Part shown: positions 17,835 through 26,736 of the stretch, one piece after another
How the letters are laid out: every line of letters starts with the position of its first letter
How positions within the stretch are numbered: the stretch's first letter is position 1
Assembly: GCA_001821395.1 (NCBI GenBank)
Contig: MHLM01000014.1
Span: 174,381 to 238,380 of the forward strand
DNA: 64,000 bases
From: Candidatus Lloydbacteria bacterium RIFCSPHIGHO2_02_FULL_50_18
GTDB taxonomy: Bacteria > Patescibacteriota > Minisyncoccia > Phycocordibacterales > UBA6899
Reading direction: 5' to 3'
Made by a program: the position numbers and the translations under genes
Notes under the pieces: model-generated
Database searches by the model: none
Seen by the model: the letters and a program-made list of their open reading frames with translations, nothing else
What the model was told of the DNA's origin: nothing

Positions 17835-18503
17835 ATGCAACGCAACTCAAAACCAAAGAAAAAGCCGTCAGCCAAGCTGCTGCTTCCGCCGAAGACGACG
17901 AAGCACTTTAAACCCCAGACGGCCTCCGGTGTGCAGGTAAAGTTCAGCCGCGGGATAAGGGGCACGGATAGCATTCTCTTGGACTCAAAGCCTCAGATCG
18001 CTTTTGTCGGACGCTCAAATGTGGGGAAATCCTCCACTATCAATGCGATATTAGGAGCGGTCGTCGCACGCACGAGTTCGACCCCGGGGAAGACGCAAGA
18101 GATCAATTTCTTTGAGGTAGGAGGAAAGGGGTATTTTGTCGATCTTCCGGGCTACGGCTACGCACGGATGACCGATGACGCTAAGGATAAGATCAGGAAG
18201 CACATCGCGTGGTATATCACGAGTGGCGAGGCAAAGCCGAAGCTCCTCGTGCTTATTTTGGATGCGCGCGTCGGCGCGACCGAACACGACTATGAGCTTG
18301 TTTCACTTGCGCGGCAGGAAGGACACCCATTGCTCATTATTGCCAACAAGATTGATAAACTTTCCGGTAACGATCGTCCGAAGGTCATGGCAAAGCTCGT
18401 CGAAGAATTTCCCGATGCCGACATCATCCAATTCTCGGCATCAAAGAAAGAGAATGTCACACTCGTGCGTAAAATACTTTTTGGTCTCCTTGGGATCAAG
18501 TGA
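17835..18503 (+). CDS. engB: ribosome biogenesis GTPase EngB (YsxC/YihA)
   Basis: 'IAFVGRSNVGKSSTINAIL' (G1), 'DLPGYGYA' (G3), 'NKIDKL' (G4), with a basic N-terminal extension. Confidence 0.85.
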   Translation: MQRNSKPKKKPSAKLLLPPKTTKHFKPQTASGVQVKFSRGIRGTDSILLDSKPQIAFVGRSNVGKSSTINAILGAVVARTSSTPGKTQEINFFEVGGKGYFVDLPGYGYARMTDDAKDKIRKHIAWYITSGEAKPKLLVLILDARVGATEHDYELVSLARQEGHPLLIIANKIDKLSGNDRPKVMAKLVEEFPDADIIQFSASKKENVTLVRKILFGLLGIK

Positions 18504-18677
18504 GCACTTGCTCCCTTCGCCCTACGTCGTTCGCGTCGAAAACTTTTTGCTATTTTCTGACAAATAGCTCAATAGGGTTTCTTTTTGCGAAGCTGTCAAG
18601 CTAGGCATTTATCCAATCGCGCTTAGAATGGGGGGAGTTATAGTTCATTGAGAACAACTCTCTAAAGGAGAAATGGT

Positions 18678-20318
18678 ATGAGCACGAAAAAAACTGATGC
18701 TCCGCACACTGATGCGAAGCCTGAGTCAAGTGGTCATGGTTTTTGCCCGAAGTGTGGGAATGGCTGGCTCGTAAAGGACGGTCAGACCACGAACACTGGT
18801 AGTGAAAAACAGCGCTACCGATGCAGTGCATGTGCGCATAAGACAACTGCACCTTCCGCAGAACATCCTGCCGACGTAGTGACGATGCGCAGTAGTTTGC
18901 CGACGGCAAAACGCTACATCATCACCGCTGCACAAAATGCGACGCCAATTCATAGGCCGACGTGGCTATCACTTCTTTGTGCGGCAAAGTATTACGATGC
19001 CGAACTCGTTGTGATCCCCGGTCGGTATAAGAATCCGACCAGTCAGTGGACGCAAAACAATAAGGACCATGAATGGTGGGATGAGGCGGTTGTGCCATAT
19101 TTGTGCAACGGATGGATCGCGCTCAATGACCGACTGTTGATCCTTGGTGACGTGAAGGTACAGTGGGCGGCACGTCAGCCGCTTGTTGGACTGGACGCAC
19201 TCACCAAAGACAAGAGCGGCATTGTTGGCCACGGCTCTCGCGGAATGCGATCCGTTGCAACTCCGCAACACAAGCATCCCAAGATCATGATGACGACGGG
19301 AGCATGTACGGTGCGCAATTACACCGATACGAAGCAAGGCAAGCTCGGAAAGTTCGCTCACTGCCTCGGTGCTTTGATCGTTGAAGTGGACATCGATGAT
19401 GTATTTCACATCCGTCAGTTGAATGCGACCAAGCAGGGGAGTTTCATTGATCTTGATATGGAATTCACTCCCGAAGGAGCCCGTCCCGCGAAGCCCGCCC
19501 TGTCGATCTCGATGGGTGATATTCACCAGCGATGGATCTTACCTGATGTGGTCAAGGCAACCTTTACTGCACCGGATAGTCTGGTGAAGATGATCAATCC
19601 GCGTTATCTCTTTTGGCATGACACGGTTGATTTTCATTCGCGCAACCATCATCATCAAGATGATTGGATCACCAAATTCGCAAAGTGGAAATATGGGATC
19701 GAGTGTGTGCGCACTGAGGTTGAGGATGCGATACGTTTTGTGAATAAGCACACGACGCAAGGGCGCAAGTCGGTTGTCGTATCGAGCAATCATGATCGTG
19801 CGATCGCGCGGTGGTTGAAGGATGCTGATTTCCGAAATGATCCGGTGAATGCGCAGTTCTATCTCGAATGTGCGTATCGCGCAACGGAGAGTGCGCGACT
19901 GACCGAGGGCGGCGTCGCGTTTGATGACCCCTATGTGTCCTATGCACAAATGTTTGCGAAACCAAACGTGCAGTTCTTAAAGCCCGGGGAAAGCAAGGTG
20001 CTTGCTCAGGTCGAGTATGGATTCCACGGTGACATTGGTCCCAATGGTTCGCGCGGGACGACCAAGAATCTCTCCAAGCTTGGAGTGAAGGTCACGAAGG
20101 GGCACAGCCACACGGCCGAGATCATCGACGGATGCTACAGTGCCGGCAAATCGACCGGCATGCTCGAGTATGAGCATGGCGGACCGAGTAGCCACACCAA
20201 CTCCCACGTTGTGCAGTATGCCAACGGTAAGCGAGCAATTATCATCATCATCAATGGACGGTATTGCTTGAAGCGTCCAAAGAGGGTAATGGTGAAATTA
20301 TCTACGAAGCCTGTTTGA
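18678..20318 (+). CDS. zinc-ribbon / calcineurin-like metallophosphoesterase fusion protein
   Basis: 546 aa. N-terminal 'CPKCGNG...RYRCSACAHK' is a transposase-type (IS1/IS1595-like) Zn ribbon. The C-terminal roughly 270 aa carry ordered MPE motifs: 'GDIH', 'HDTVDFH', 'SNHD' (GNHD), 'GFHGD', 'GHSH' (GHxH). Strong RBS AAAGGAG. Confidence 0.6.
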   Translation: MSTKKTDAPHTDAKPESSGHGFCPKCGNGWLVKDGQTTNTGSEKQRYRCSACAHKTTAPSAEHPADVVTMRSSLPTAKRYIITAAQNATPIHRPTWLSLLCAAKYYDAELVVIPGRYKNPTSQWTQNNKDHEWWDEAVVPYLCNGWIALNDRLLILGDVKVQWAARQPLVGLDALTKDKSGIVGHGSRGMRSVATPQHKHPKIMMTTGACTVRNYTDTKQGKLGKFAHCLGALIVEVDIDDVFHIRQLNATKQGSFIDLDMEFTPEGARPAKPALSISMGDIHQRWILPDVVKATFTAPDSLVKMINPRYLFWHDTVDFHSRNHHHQDDWITKFAKWKYGIECVRTEVEDAIRFVNKHTTQGRKSVVVSSNHDRAIARWLKDADFRNDPVNAQFYLECAYRATESARLTEGGVAFDDPYVSYAQMFAKPNVQFLKPGESKVLAQVEYGFHGDIGPNGSRGTTKNLSKLGVKVTKGHSHTAEIIDGCYSAGKSTGMLEYEHGGPSSHTNSHVVQYANGKRAIIIIINGRYCLKRPKRVMVKLSTKPV

Positions 20319-20325
20319 AAGTAAT

Positions 20326-20354
20326 CCCGCGTCAATGACGCGGGGTTTTTGTTT
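20326..20354 (+). terminator. intrinsic terminator
   Basis: Stem cccgcgt/acgcggg with loop caatg, then gtttttgttt. Confidence 0.65.
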
Positions 20355-20385
20355 CACGGTGTTTAAAAACATGATATTGGGAAAT

Positions 20386-20415
20386 TTTGTAAAAAAACAC
20401 CCGCACGGGGGTGTT
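20386..20415 (-). terminator. intrinsic terminator for the ClpP-like gene
   Basis: Stem aacaccc/gggtgtt; on the minus strand it is followed by TTTTTTT. Confidence 0.6.
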
Positions 20416-21083
20416 TATTGGTATTGCGCGACTTCGTCAGCGAGTCCGATCTCAACCGCTTCTTCCGGGGTGATGAACCAGTCGAACTTCATTTTTTCTT
20501 TGAGTCGGCTACGTGACCATGGTTTTTTCCCGAGGGCTTTAGCTTTCTCATTGATCTTATAAAGGTAGATGTCCTCCATGCTCGTGTTGATACGGTCAGA
20601 TTCCTGTGCGTGTTTCTGAAAATCTTTTGAGTGTCCGTAGAAGCCGTCGTTTCCATAGTGGAGGAGCATCGTCGTGTTCGGTGCGATCACGCGCTTGTCC
20701 CCAGCTTGATAAATGACGGTTGCCGCACTCATGAGGTAGCCGTACGCTTCGATGGTGATGTGGTGTCCAGATCGTCTGATGCGGTCATAAATACCAAACA
20801 TGTGATATGCATCACCTCCCGGATTGTTGATCTCAATGGTGATGCCAGGGTCCTGTCCTTCTAGGACCGGCCATCGTTCAAGTACCGAGAGTCCGGTTGC
20901 GAGTCGTTTCCACATGTCCGCATCGACGCCGGATTCACCGGAGTCAATGTCTACGGTGGCGCTTGCGAGAATGATCCGCCTTGTCGCGGGATTCACTCCA
21001 TATTCAAAAAAGAGTTTCAGCTCATCATCTTTTGTGAGCGGCTTATTAAGAGACTTAGCGAGCGGTTTGCGTCGTTCTGTCAT
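20415..21083 (-). CDS. ClpP-family serine protease (S14), stand-alone
   Basis: 222 aa. 'INNPGGD', 'GYLMSAATVIY' (catalytic Ser), 'MLLHYGN' (His), C-terminal 'ITPEEAVEIGLADEV'. N-terminal extension is atypical. No clpX adjacent. Confidence 0.7.
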   Translation of the reverse strand: MTERRKPLAKSLNKPLTKDDELKLFFEYGVNPATRRIILASATVDIDSGESGVDADMWKRLATGLSVLERWPVLEGQDPGITIEINNPGGDAYHMFGIYDRIRRSGHHITIEAYGYLMSAATVIYQAGDKRVIAPNTTMLLHYGNDGFYGHSKDFQKHAQESDRINTSMEDIYLYKINEKAKALGKKPWSRSRLKEKMKFDWFITPEEAVEIGLADEVAQYQ

Positions 21084-21221
21084 TTTTTGCTCCCGTTATT
21101 TCAGTTATTACATCTCATATCACTATACGTACCTTTGTGTAGTTTGCAAACGAATCTGTTGTTCACATGATCAGGGGATACACATTCGTTCGAACGCGCA
21201 TTGGGCTATATAATGGTGGGA

Positions 21222-21485
21222 ATGAAGCAGGTTACACTTGAAGTCCTCACCTCACCCGGCTGCGCGCCCTGTCATGATTTTTTGGACTATTGGAAAACAA
21301 TTGCCGGCGAGTGGACGAATGTCAGCATGGAAGAGTGCTCACTCTCGACATCAGAAGGAATGACGCTCGCAGCGAAGCATCGGGTCTTTGCGGTACCGGC
21401 GGTCATTCTGAACGGAACACTCTTTGCGTCGGGAGCGATTGACACGAGATCGTTCGTCGCTTCACTCAGCGATCTCTCCGAGTAA
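21222..21485 (+). CDS. thioredoxin/glutaredoxin-like small protein (CxxC)
   Basis: 'LTSPGCAPCHDF' active site and a cis-Pro-like 'VPAV'. Start uncertain (TTG 21201, ATG 21213 or 21222). A TATAAT at 21209-21214 suggests a short or absent leader. Confidence 0.6.
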   Translation: MKQVTLEVLTSPGCAPCHDFLDYWKTIAGEWTNVSMEECSLSTSEGMTLAAKHRVFAVPAVILNGTLFASGAIDTRSFVASLSDLSE

Positions 21486-21500
21486 AATAATTATTAGGTA

Positions 21501-22862
21501 TTGAGCACACATATGGCACAACGATCAACGGGGCTTTTAAGAAAGATCATTATTTTATCGGTTGCAGCCGTCACCATGGTGATCGCGGTCGACGTGCTGC
21601 GTGCACTCTTCCCACTACCCCAATCGTTCGCATCGGGAAGTCTCGGGTGGTATCTTTTCTCGTTCATATCGGGACTCTCTATGATCGTGCTTCCGTGCTC
21701 GCTTCCGCTCTTGTTCATCATCTTGCCGCTCTCCCAGGGGAAGAGGCCAATGGCGGGTCTTTCGCTCGCACTTGCTTTCGGACTCGGTGTTGCGGTCATG
21801 CTCTCTTTGTATGGTGTGTTCGTCGCACTCTTGGGTGAAACGATCTTTTCGTTCGCGCACATTGAGGCCGATGATATCAAGAATGGTGTCTATTTTATTT
21901 CGGGATTTTTTGCGTACCTGTTTGCGCTCGGAGAGATCGGTCTCATCAACTTTCGCATGCCCTCCTACGTCGGTGTGACGCCCCGCGCTTTTCAAAAACA
22001 CAACGGCCTCGCACGTGCATTTTTTCTCGGTTTATTCCTTGGAAATATCGGTATCGGAAGTCCGCATCCCGCAATGCCGCTCCTCTTGATCGAGAGTGCG
22101 TCCTCCGCCGACCTGTTCTACGGATGGTCTCTTTTTCTTACTCATGCGATTGGGCGTGTTCTCCCGCTCGTCTTACTCTCTCTTCTCGCGATGTACGGGA
22201 TGAATAGTGCAGAATGGCTCCTCACTCGCAAGGAGAGGATCGTGAGCGCAAGCGGGTGGGCAATGGTCTTTGTTGCGGGATTCATTCTCACGCTTGGTCT
22301 TTTTTCGCATGATTGGTTCACGAACTCAGGGCAGCCGTACGTACTTGAACGAATCACCGGCGGGGAGGTTTCCGGGCTCTCCCTGCATGGTGAGGTTGGG
22401 CTGCAGACCATAGGGCGACCGAATGCCGTTGCGAATGCGGTAGGAATTTTTGGGCAGCCTGCCGCGTGGGGGAACTGGTTCCTTGTTTTTCTTTGGATCA
22501 TGCCGCTCGTCGCATATTATCGTCGTGAAAAACTTCGGGTTTTCCGAACTCCCGCATTTCAAATACAAAAACTCGAACGAGAACTACTTCGCATTGAAGA
22601 AGAGCGAAGAGGGATCGAAGCGGTACTCCATATTCCTCATGGTGTGCAGGGCGCGCGGGTAAAGGAGCTTGAACATCAAATGGATGGTCTCATGAAAGAA
22701 CGAACCGTGCTTGAGGAAGCGATGCGCTTCGGAACAAAAAGCGGGATCCGCGATACGGCGTCACAGCGTTATGAAGAGCAGCTCCTTCGTATGCGCCGTA
22801 ACTGGTACATCACGCTCGCACTCTTGCTTGTTCTTACCTTCGCAATATTCTTGCCGCTTTGA
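21501..22862 (+). CDS. CcdA/DsbD-family thiol-disulfide transporter with C-terminal coiled-coil extension
   Basis: 453 aa. 'IVLPCSLPLLFIIL' matches the CcdA 'PC(V/I)LPL' TM motif. Multiple TM segments. C-terminal roughly 120 aa is charged coiled-coil plus a final TM. Confidence 0.65.
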   Translation: MSTHMAQRSTGLLRKIIILSVAAVTMVIAVDVLRALFPLPQSFASGSLGWYLFSFISGLSMIVLPCSLPLLFIILPLSQGKRPMAGLSLALAFGLGVAVMLSLYGVFVALLGETIFSFAHIEADDIKNGVYFISGFFAYLFALGEIGLINFRMPSYVGVTPRAFQKHNGLARAFFLGLFLGNIGIGSPHPAMPLLLIESASSADLFYGWSLFLTHAIGRVLPLVLLSLLAMYGMNSAEWLLTRKERIVSASGWAMVFVAGFILTLGLFSHDWFTNSGQPYVLERITGGEVSGLSLHGEVGLQTIGRPNAVANAVGIFGQPAAWGNWFLVFLWIMPLVAYYRREKLRVFRTPAFQIQKLERELLRIEEERRGIEAVLHIPHGVQGARVKELEHQMDGLMKERTVLEEAMRFGTKSGIRDTASQRYEEQLLRMRRNWYITLALLLVLTFAIFLPL

Positions 22863-22950
22863 TCCACAAAGAGGGTGTTTCGGTAAGTGATAAAAAAACC
22901 ACCCAAGTCATCCGCTCATACGGATCACTCGGGTGGTATTTTGCCTTGCA

Positions 22951-23307
22951 TTAAATTTGCCCTCGCGTTTGTTTCCAATTCGACCATTCGTGGATGAGAC
23001 TGATGTCATTCTGTGCATCTCCGTCACTCGCGGCAGTTCGCCAGGCCACCAACTTGTGCGCATCATCCCGTTTGATCTGCTCGAAAAAAAGGTCAAATTG
23101 TTTTCCATTCTTTTCTATCCAGTCGAAAATGGCCTCATCCGGGAATGCCGGTTGGTCCTCGTTTTCTTTTTGGCAGAGAAATGTCTGGAGGTCATTTTTC
23201 AGACTCACCCATTTCTCTCGCTCTTCTGCACTGGGGATCTCTTCCTCTCCGGTGGGTGTTGCTCTCACCTCCACCTGGTCGGTGTCGTAGACAGTCTCAG
23301 CATTCAT
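22951..23307 (-). CDS. hypothetical acidic protein
   Basis: 118 aa. An overlapping plus-strand ORF (22933-23328) is equally unproven. Chosen by co-orientation with the downstream NUDIX gene. Confidence 0.3.
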   Translation of the reverse strand: MNAETVYDTDQVEVRATPTGEEEIPSAEEREKWVSLKNDLQTFLCQKENEDQPAFPDEAIFDWIEKNGKQFDLFFEQIKRDDAHKLVAWRTAASDGDAQNDISLIHEWSNWKQTRGQI

Positions 23308-23324
23308 GATGTTTGCCCTATAGC

Positions 23325-23744
23325 TTAGCGGTTAAAAACTCCCGTAGCTATGATACGCCCAAATTCTTTTTTATCAATGACATTTGTGAGAAGGTCGGGG
23401 ACAGCGTCGGGAGGGATCCAGAGCGCTTCAGGATTCATCGGGTCTTCCGGTTGGAGATTGTCCCATTCCGTCGCAAAAAGGTATAGCGTAATATCGCGGA
23501 CCTCATCGGTGTCCCACTCGCGGACCTTGATGCGCTGGCGGGTGTAGTGTGCGATCTCGCCAACAAGCTTGAGCGACGTCTCAGGAATACCCGATTCTTC
23601 GCGTATCTCTCGCATCGCGGCGGGGAGTGTTTTTTCTCCCTCTTCAACGTGTCCTTTTGGCAGCGACCAAGAGTTGTGGTTCTGGTTGACCACGACAACC
23701 CCTTTATTCCTGTTCCAAACGACTCCTCCTGCGATCTGGATCAT
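23325..23744 (-). CDS. NUDIX hydrolase
   Basis: Nudix box 'GHVEEGEKTLPAAMREIREESGI'. Confidence 0.8.
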   Translation of the reverse strand: MIQIAGGVVWNRNKGVVVVNQNHNSWSLPKGHVEEGEKTLPAAMREIREESGIPETSLKLVGEIAHYTRQRIKVREWDTDEVRDITLYLFATEWDNLQPEDPMNPEALWIPPDAVPDLLTNVIDKKEFGRIIATGVFNR

Positions 23745-24066
23745 GTGTACATTATATCAGTGACATGTTCTTATTCGCGTGGTGCCCTTTATGCAACTGA
23801 GGATTCAGGGTGGATAACTTTCTTCGAAAGCAGAAAACACTGTAAACAAAAGACCTTTCGAACATCGTTGTCCACAGGGGTATTGTCATCTGTACCGATG
23901 TCTCGTACAATACATGTAGTTCATCGTTCTTGTTGGTTTTGTTTCCGTTTCTTGGGCATAAAAGAAGACGACCCGTGGTACTAGCTTGCGCTATACCATG
24001 GGTTTATTCATTTACCGTTTTCTTACGGTGTGCAAATTGAGCGCATTGCATTGTCGCCATCGGGAA

Positions 24067-24092
24067 ACAAAGCAAATGGAGTTATTTTGCAG
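24067..24092 (+). repeat. 26-nt direct repeat copy 1 (acaaagcaaatggagttattttgcag)
   Basis: Identical copy at 24249-24274, 182 bp away, within a 520-bp noncoding gap. Confidence 0.7.
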
Positions 24093-24152
24093 ATATTCAT
24101 TCCTGCCAGAAATAGCTCCAGTTGCGCGGCGTGGAGAAAGCAACGAGCGACT

Positions 24153-24207
24153 AATTTTTCTTAACGGTAACCCGTTTTAGAAAAATGAAGTACTCTCTGT
24201 GGTGGAA
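24153..24207 (+). repeat. roughly 55-nt intergenic repeat, copy 1 (aatttttctt...tttagaaaaatgaagtactc...gtggtg)
   Basis: About 80% identical to 61479-61531, including an exact 20-mer 'tttagaaaaatgaagtactc'. Confidence 0.6.
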
Positions 24208-24248
24208 AGCATATTCCCATATGTTGACTGAGTTGCAGAGGCTCCACA

Positions 24249-24274
24249 ACAAAGCAAATGGAGTTATTTTGCAG
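24249..24274 (+). repeat. 26-nt direct repeat copy 2
   Basis: Overlaps the stop codon of the 24264-24653 response regulator gene. Confidence 0.7.
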
Positions 24275-24653
24275 GAATGAGTTTTTCGCGGATGCGGGCG
24301 ACTAGTGCCTCAAGGCTCCACTCAGCCTTGATAAGAAAATCCGTATCTCCAAAACTCGAAACACGAGCGATAGTTTGTGCGTCGGTTGAATTCGTGAGCA
24401 CGATGACATGCACGTGCTTGCCCCATGCGTCCTCGCTGCGCAGTTTAGAAAGCATGGTAATGCCATCCATGCGCGGCATAAAGATATCGAGCAGAATGAT
24501 CGCCGGATGTTTCTCCAGTGCGACCTTGAGTCCCTCCAGTCCATCGACTGCCTCAAGAGCGACGAATCCCTCGTCAGTGAGTTTGTCGACGAGCACCTTG
24601 CGAAGGGCGATGTCGTCTTCAACGATAAGAACAGATTTATTTTCTATATCCAT
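24264..24653 (-). CDS. response regulator receiver domain protein (CheY-like, stand-alone)
   Basis: 129 aa. 'VLIVEDD', a phospho-acceptor Asp in 'ILLDIFMP', and a conserved Thr/Lys downstream. Confidence 0.85.
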   Translation of the reverse strand: MDIENKSVLIVEDDIALRKVLVDKLTDEGFVALEAVDGLEGLKVALEKHPAIILLDIFMPRMDGITMLSKLRSEDAWGKHVHVIVLTNSTDAQTIARVSSFGDTDFLIKAEWSLEALVARIREKLIPAK

Positions 24654-24662
24654 ATTTTTTGA

Positions 24663-25046
24663 TTATTTCTTTTTTTTGAGTACTTCCTTAACGCGCGTGA
24701 CGACGTCATTGAGTCCTGTCTCGGCCTTCACGAGATATGCGGTGAGGTTGAGATCATTGAGTCGCCCTTCTTCCTCGTTGCTGTTCTGGTTGGTAAGCGC
24801 AATGATGTTGACCTTTTCACCCCATTCACCGGATTGGCGGATCTGTTTTGCCATTTCGAGGCCGTCGACAGGGAACATCACGATGTCCGTGATGATCATG
24901 TCGGGTTTTTGATCGAGGGCGATCTTCGCGCCTTCTCCTCCTCCGTTCGCTTCAAGGACGGTGAATTTTTCATTGCGCAGCATTTCTGCAAGGACTTTTC
25001 TGAGCGGCTCGCTGTCTTCGACCACGAGTATCTTGTGTTCTGTCAT
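24663..25046 (-). CDS. response regulator receiver domain protein (CheY-like, stand-alone)
   Basis: Start at MTEHKILVVED. 'IITDIVMF' acceptor Asp. Tandem with the previous gene. Confidence 0.85.
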   Translation of the reverse strand: MTEHKILVVEDSEPLRKVLAEMLRNEKFTVLEANGGGEGAKIALDQKPDMIITDIVMFPVDGLEMAKQIRQSGEWGEKVNIIALTNQNSNEEEGRLNDLNLTAYLVKAETGLNDVVTRVKEVLKKKK

Positions 25047-25163
25047 ATGGGAAAAGTATAACATGTTCCTGTTTTTTGTGTACGGGTACAATATCGTCCA
25101 TTTTTGTTCCTTACGTTATGCCGTATTTTTGACCGACATCCTCCTTTGGTATACGATGGGGAC

Positions 25164-26210
25164 ATGGCCAAAGTCATTATTTGTACGGGGATTTCGGGAT
25201 CTCGTCGAAAAGAATATCTCGATCGATTTGTGGAATATTCGATGAGACTTGGGAAGAGGGTCAAGGTCTATCATGTGGGGCAGCTCATGCTCGAGCGCGC
25301 AAAACGCGACGGATTGAACATCTCGTCGAAGAATATTTTAAATACGAATAAACACACGATGCAGGCGCTCCGCGGCGGAGTGTACGAGAGTATCTTGCGC
25401 AGTTTCAAGGAAGACCATAAGAATTATGACGTGATCATCGTTTCGATCCACGGATTTTTCTATTGGAAGAAGACGTTCCATCACTCATTTGACCATCATT
25501 ACATCAGCCGATTCAAGCCGGAGATGTTCATCACGATCATGCGCGACCCGGTAGATATCACTGAAACGCTGAAGGAGCGCGAGCAGTGGAAGAGGGAACG
25601 CCTGAACGAACAGGAAATATCGCTGTGGCAGAATGTCGAGACGGAAGTGATCGCAACGTGGGCGGAATTGCTTAAGTGCCCCTACTTTGCGTTCTATGAC
25701 CTGCAGCGCATGTGTACGCTCTATAAGCTGGCGTTCATCCCGGAAATGGAGACAACGTATATTTCGATGCCCATGACGCACGTGATGGATGGACCCAATC
25801 GCAGGAAGATCGATAATTTCATCAAAAAGCTCGAGGAGTATTTCGTCGTATTTGTGCCGATGATCACCAAAGGAAAATTGCCGGAGGTCAGTCAGGCACT
25901 TTCCAAGAAAAATCACACCGAATACACTAACTCCTATCAGCTCGTGAAGATCGATCTTGATATCCTCCTGCACCAGTCGAAACGCATCATCGTCTTTTTC
26001 CCCAAGCCTGCAGCAAGTCCCGGCGTGGTCAATGAACTTCGCGAGGCGCACGAAACGAATAAAGAGGCGTGGCTCATTTACCCCTCAAAGCTTGCGAGCC
26101 CTTTCCTTATCTATTACTATGACCGTTCATTCTTAAATGAAAAACAGTTCTTCGCATTTCTTGCGAACGAAAAGAAGGGAACGCCACGGTTCACACAAAA
26201 ACTGGATTAA
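25164..26210 (+). CDS. hypothetical protein (possible degenerate P-loop 'CTGISGSRRKE')
   Basis: Start at MAKVIICTG. No family confidently recognised. Divergent from the CheY operon. Confidence 0.45.
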   Translation: MAKVIICTGISGSRRKEYLDRFVEYSMRLGKRVKVYHVGQLMLERAKRDGLNISSKNILNTNKHTMQALRGGVYESILRSFKEDHKNYDVIIVSIHGFFYWKKTFHHSFDHHYISRFKPEMFITIMRDPVDITETLKEREQWKRERLNEQEISLWQNVETEVIATWAELLKCPYFAFYDLQRMCTLYKLAFIPEMETTYISMPMTHVMDGPNRRKIDNFIKKLEEYFVVFVPMITKGKLPEVSQALSKKNHTEYTNSYQLVKIDLDILLHQSKRIIVFFPKPAASPGVVNELREAHETNKEAWLIYPSKLASPFLIYYYDRSFLNEKQFFAFLANEKKGTPRFTQKLD

Positions 26211-26225
26211 CAACTATTTATTTCT

Positions 26226-26714
26226 ATGAACGACAAAAGTATCATCGGCGGGGTCATCATTATCATTTTGGCGGTCGGAGGAATTCTCTTTGCCACGAGT
26301 AAAGGGGGGGATAGTGGAAGCAGTACGGTGACCACACCCGGGGGAGAGGTCGTGTTGGGCGATGCCCCCAAGGGTGCGCTTGAGTTGGCGCAATGTCTGA
26401 GTGCGAAAGGCGCCACCTTTTACGGTGCTTTTTGGTGTTCTCATTGTCGAACACAAAAGGCACTTTTCGGCACGGCTGCTTCGGCGTTGCCGTATGTCGA
26501 GTGTTCGACTCCGGATGGCAACAATCAAACACCTGCATGTAAAGACAAAAAGATCATCAGCTATCCGACTTGGGTATTTGAGGGAGGGGATGAGCTGACC
26601 GGCGAACAGTCATTCACCGTTCTTGCGAATAAGACCGGCTGTATCGATCCTACGCTTGGTGAGACCAAGGTATCGGGGACGGAGGCTACTGCGACAACCC
26701 AACTTCCCAAGTGA
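26226..26714 (+). CDS. membrane-anchored thioredoxin-like protein (BdbA / VKOR-associated Trx-like)
   Basis: N-terminal TM then 'GATFYGAFWCSHCRTQKALFG' CxxC thioredoxin fold. Confidence 0.7.
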   Translation: MNDKSIIGGVIIIILAVGGILFATSKGGDSGSSTVTTPGGEVVLGDAPKGALELAQCLSAKGATFYGAFWCSHCRTQKALFGTAASALPYVECSTPDGNNQTPACKDKKIISYPTWVFEGGDELTGEQSFTVLANKTGCIDPTLGETKVSGTEATATTQLPK

Positions 26715-26736
26715 TCAATTAGCGAAAAATATTTTT

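Noticed and set aside
23986-24180. 64-aa ORF in the long noncoding gap near the CheY genes
   Set aside because: No RBS, odd composition. The region is better described by its repeats.
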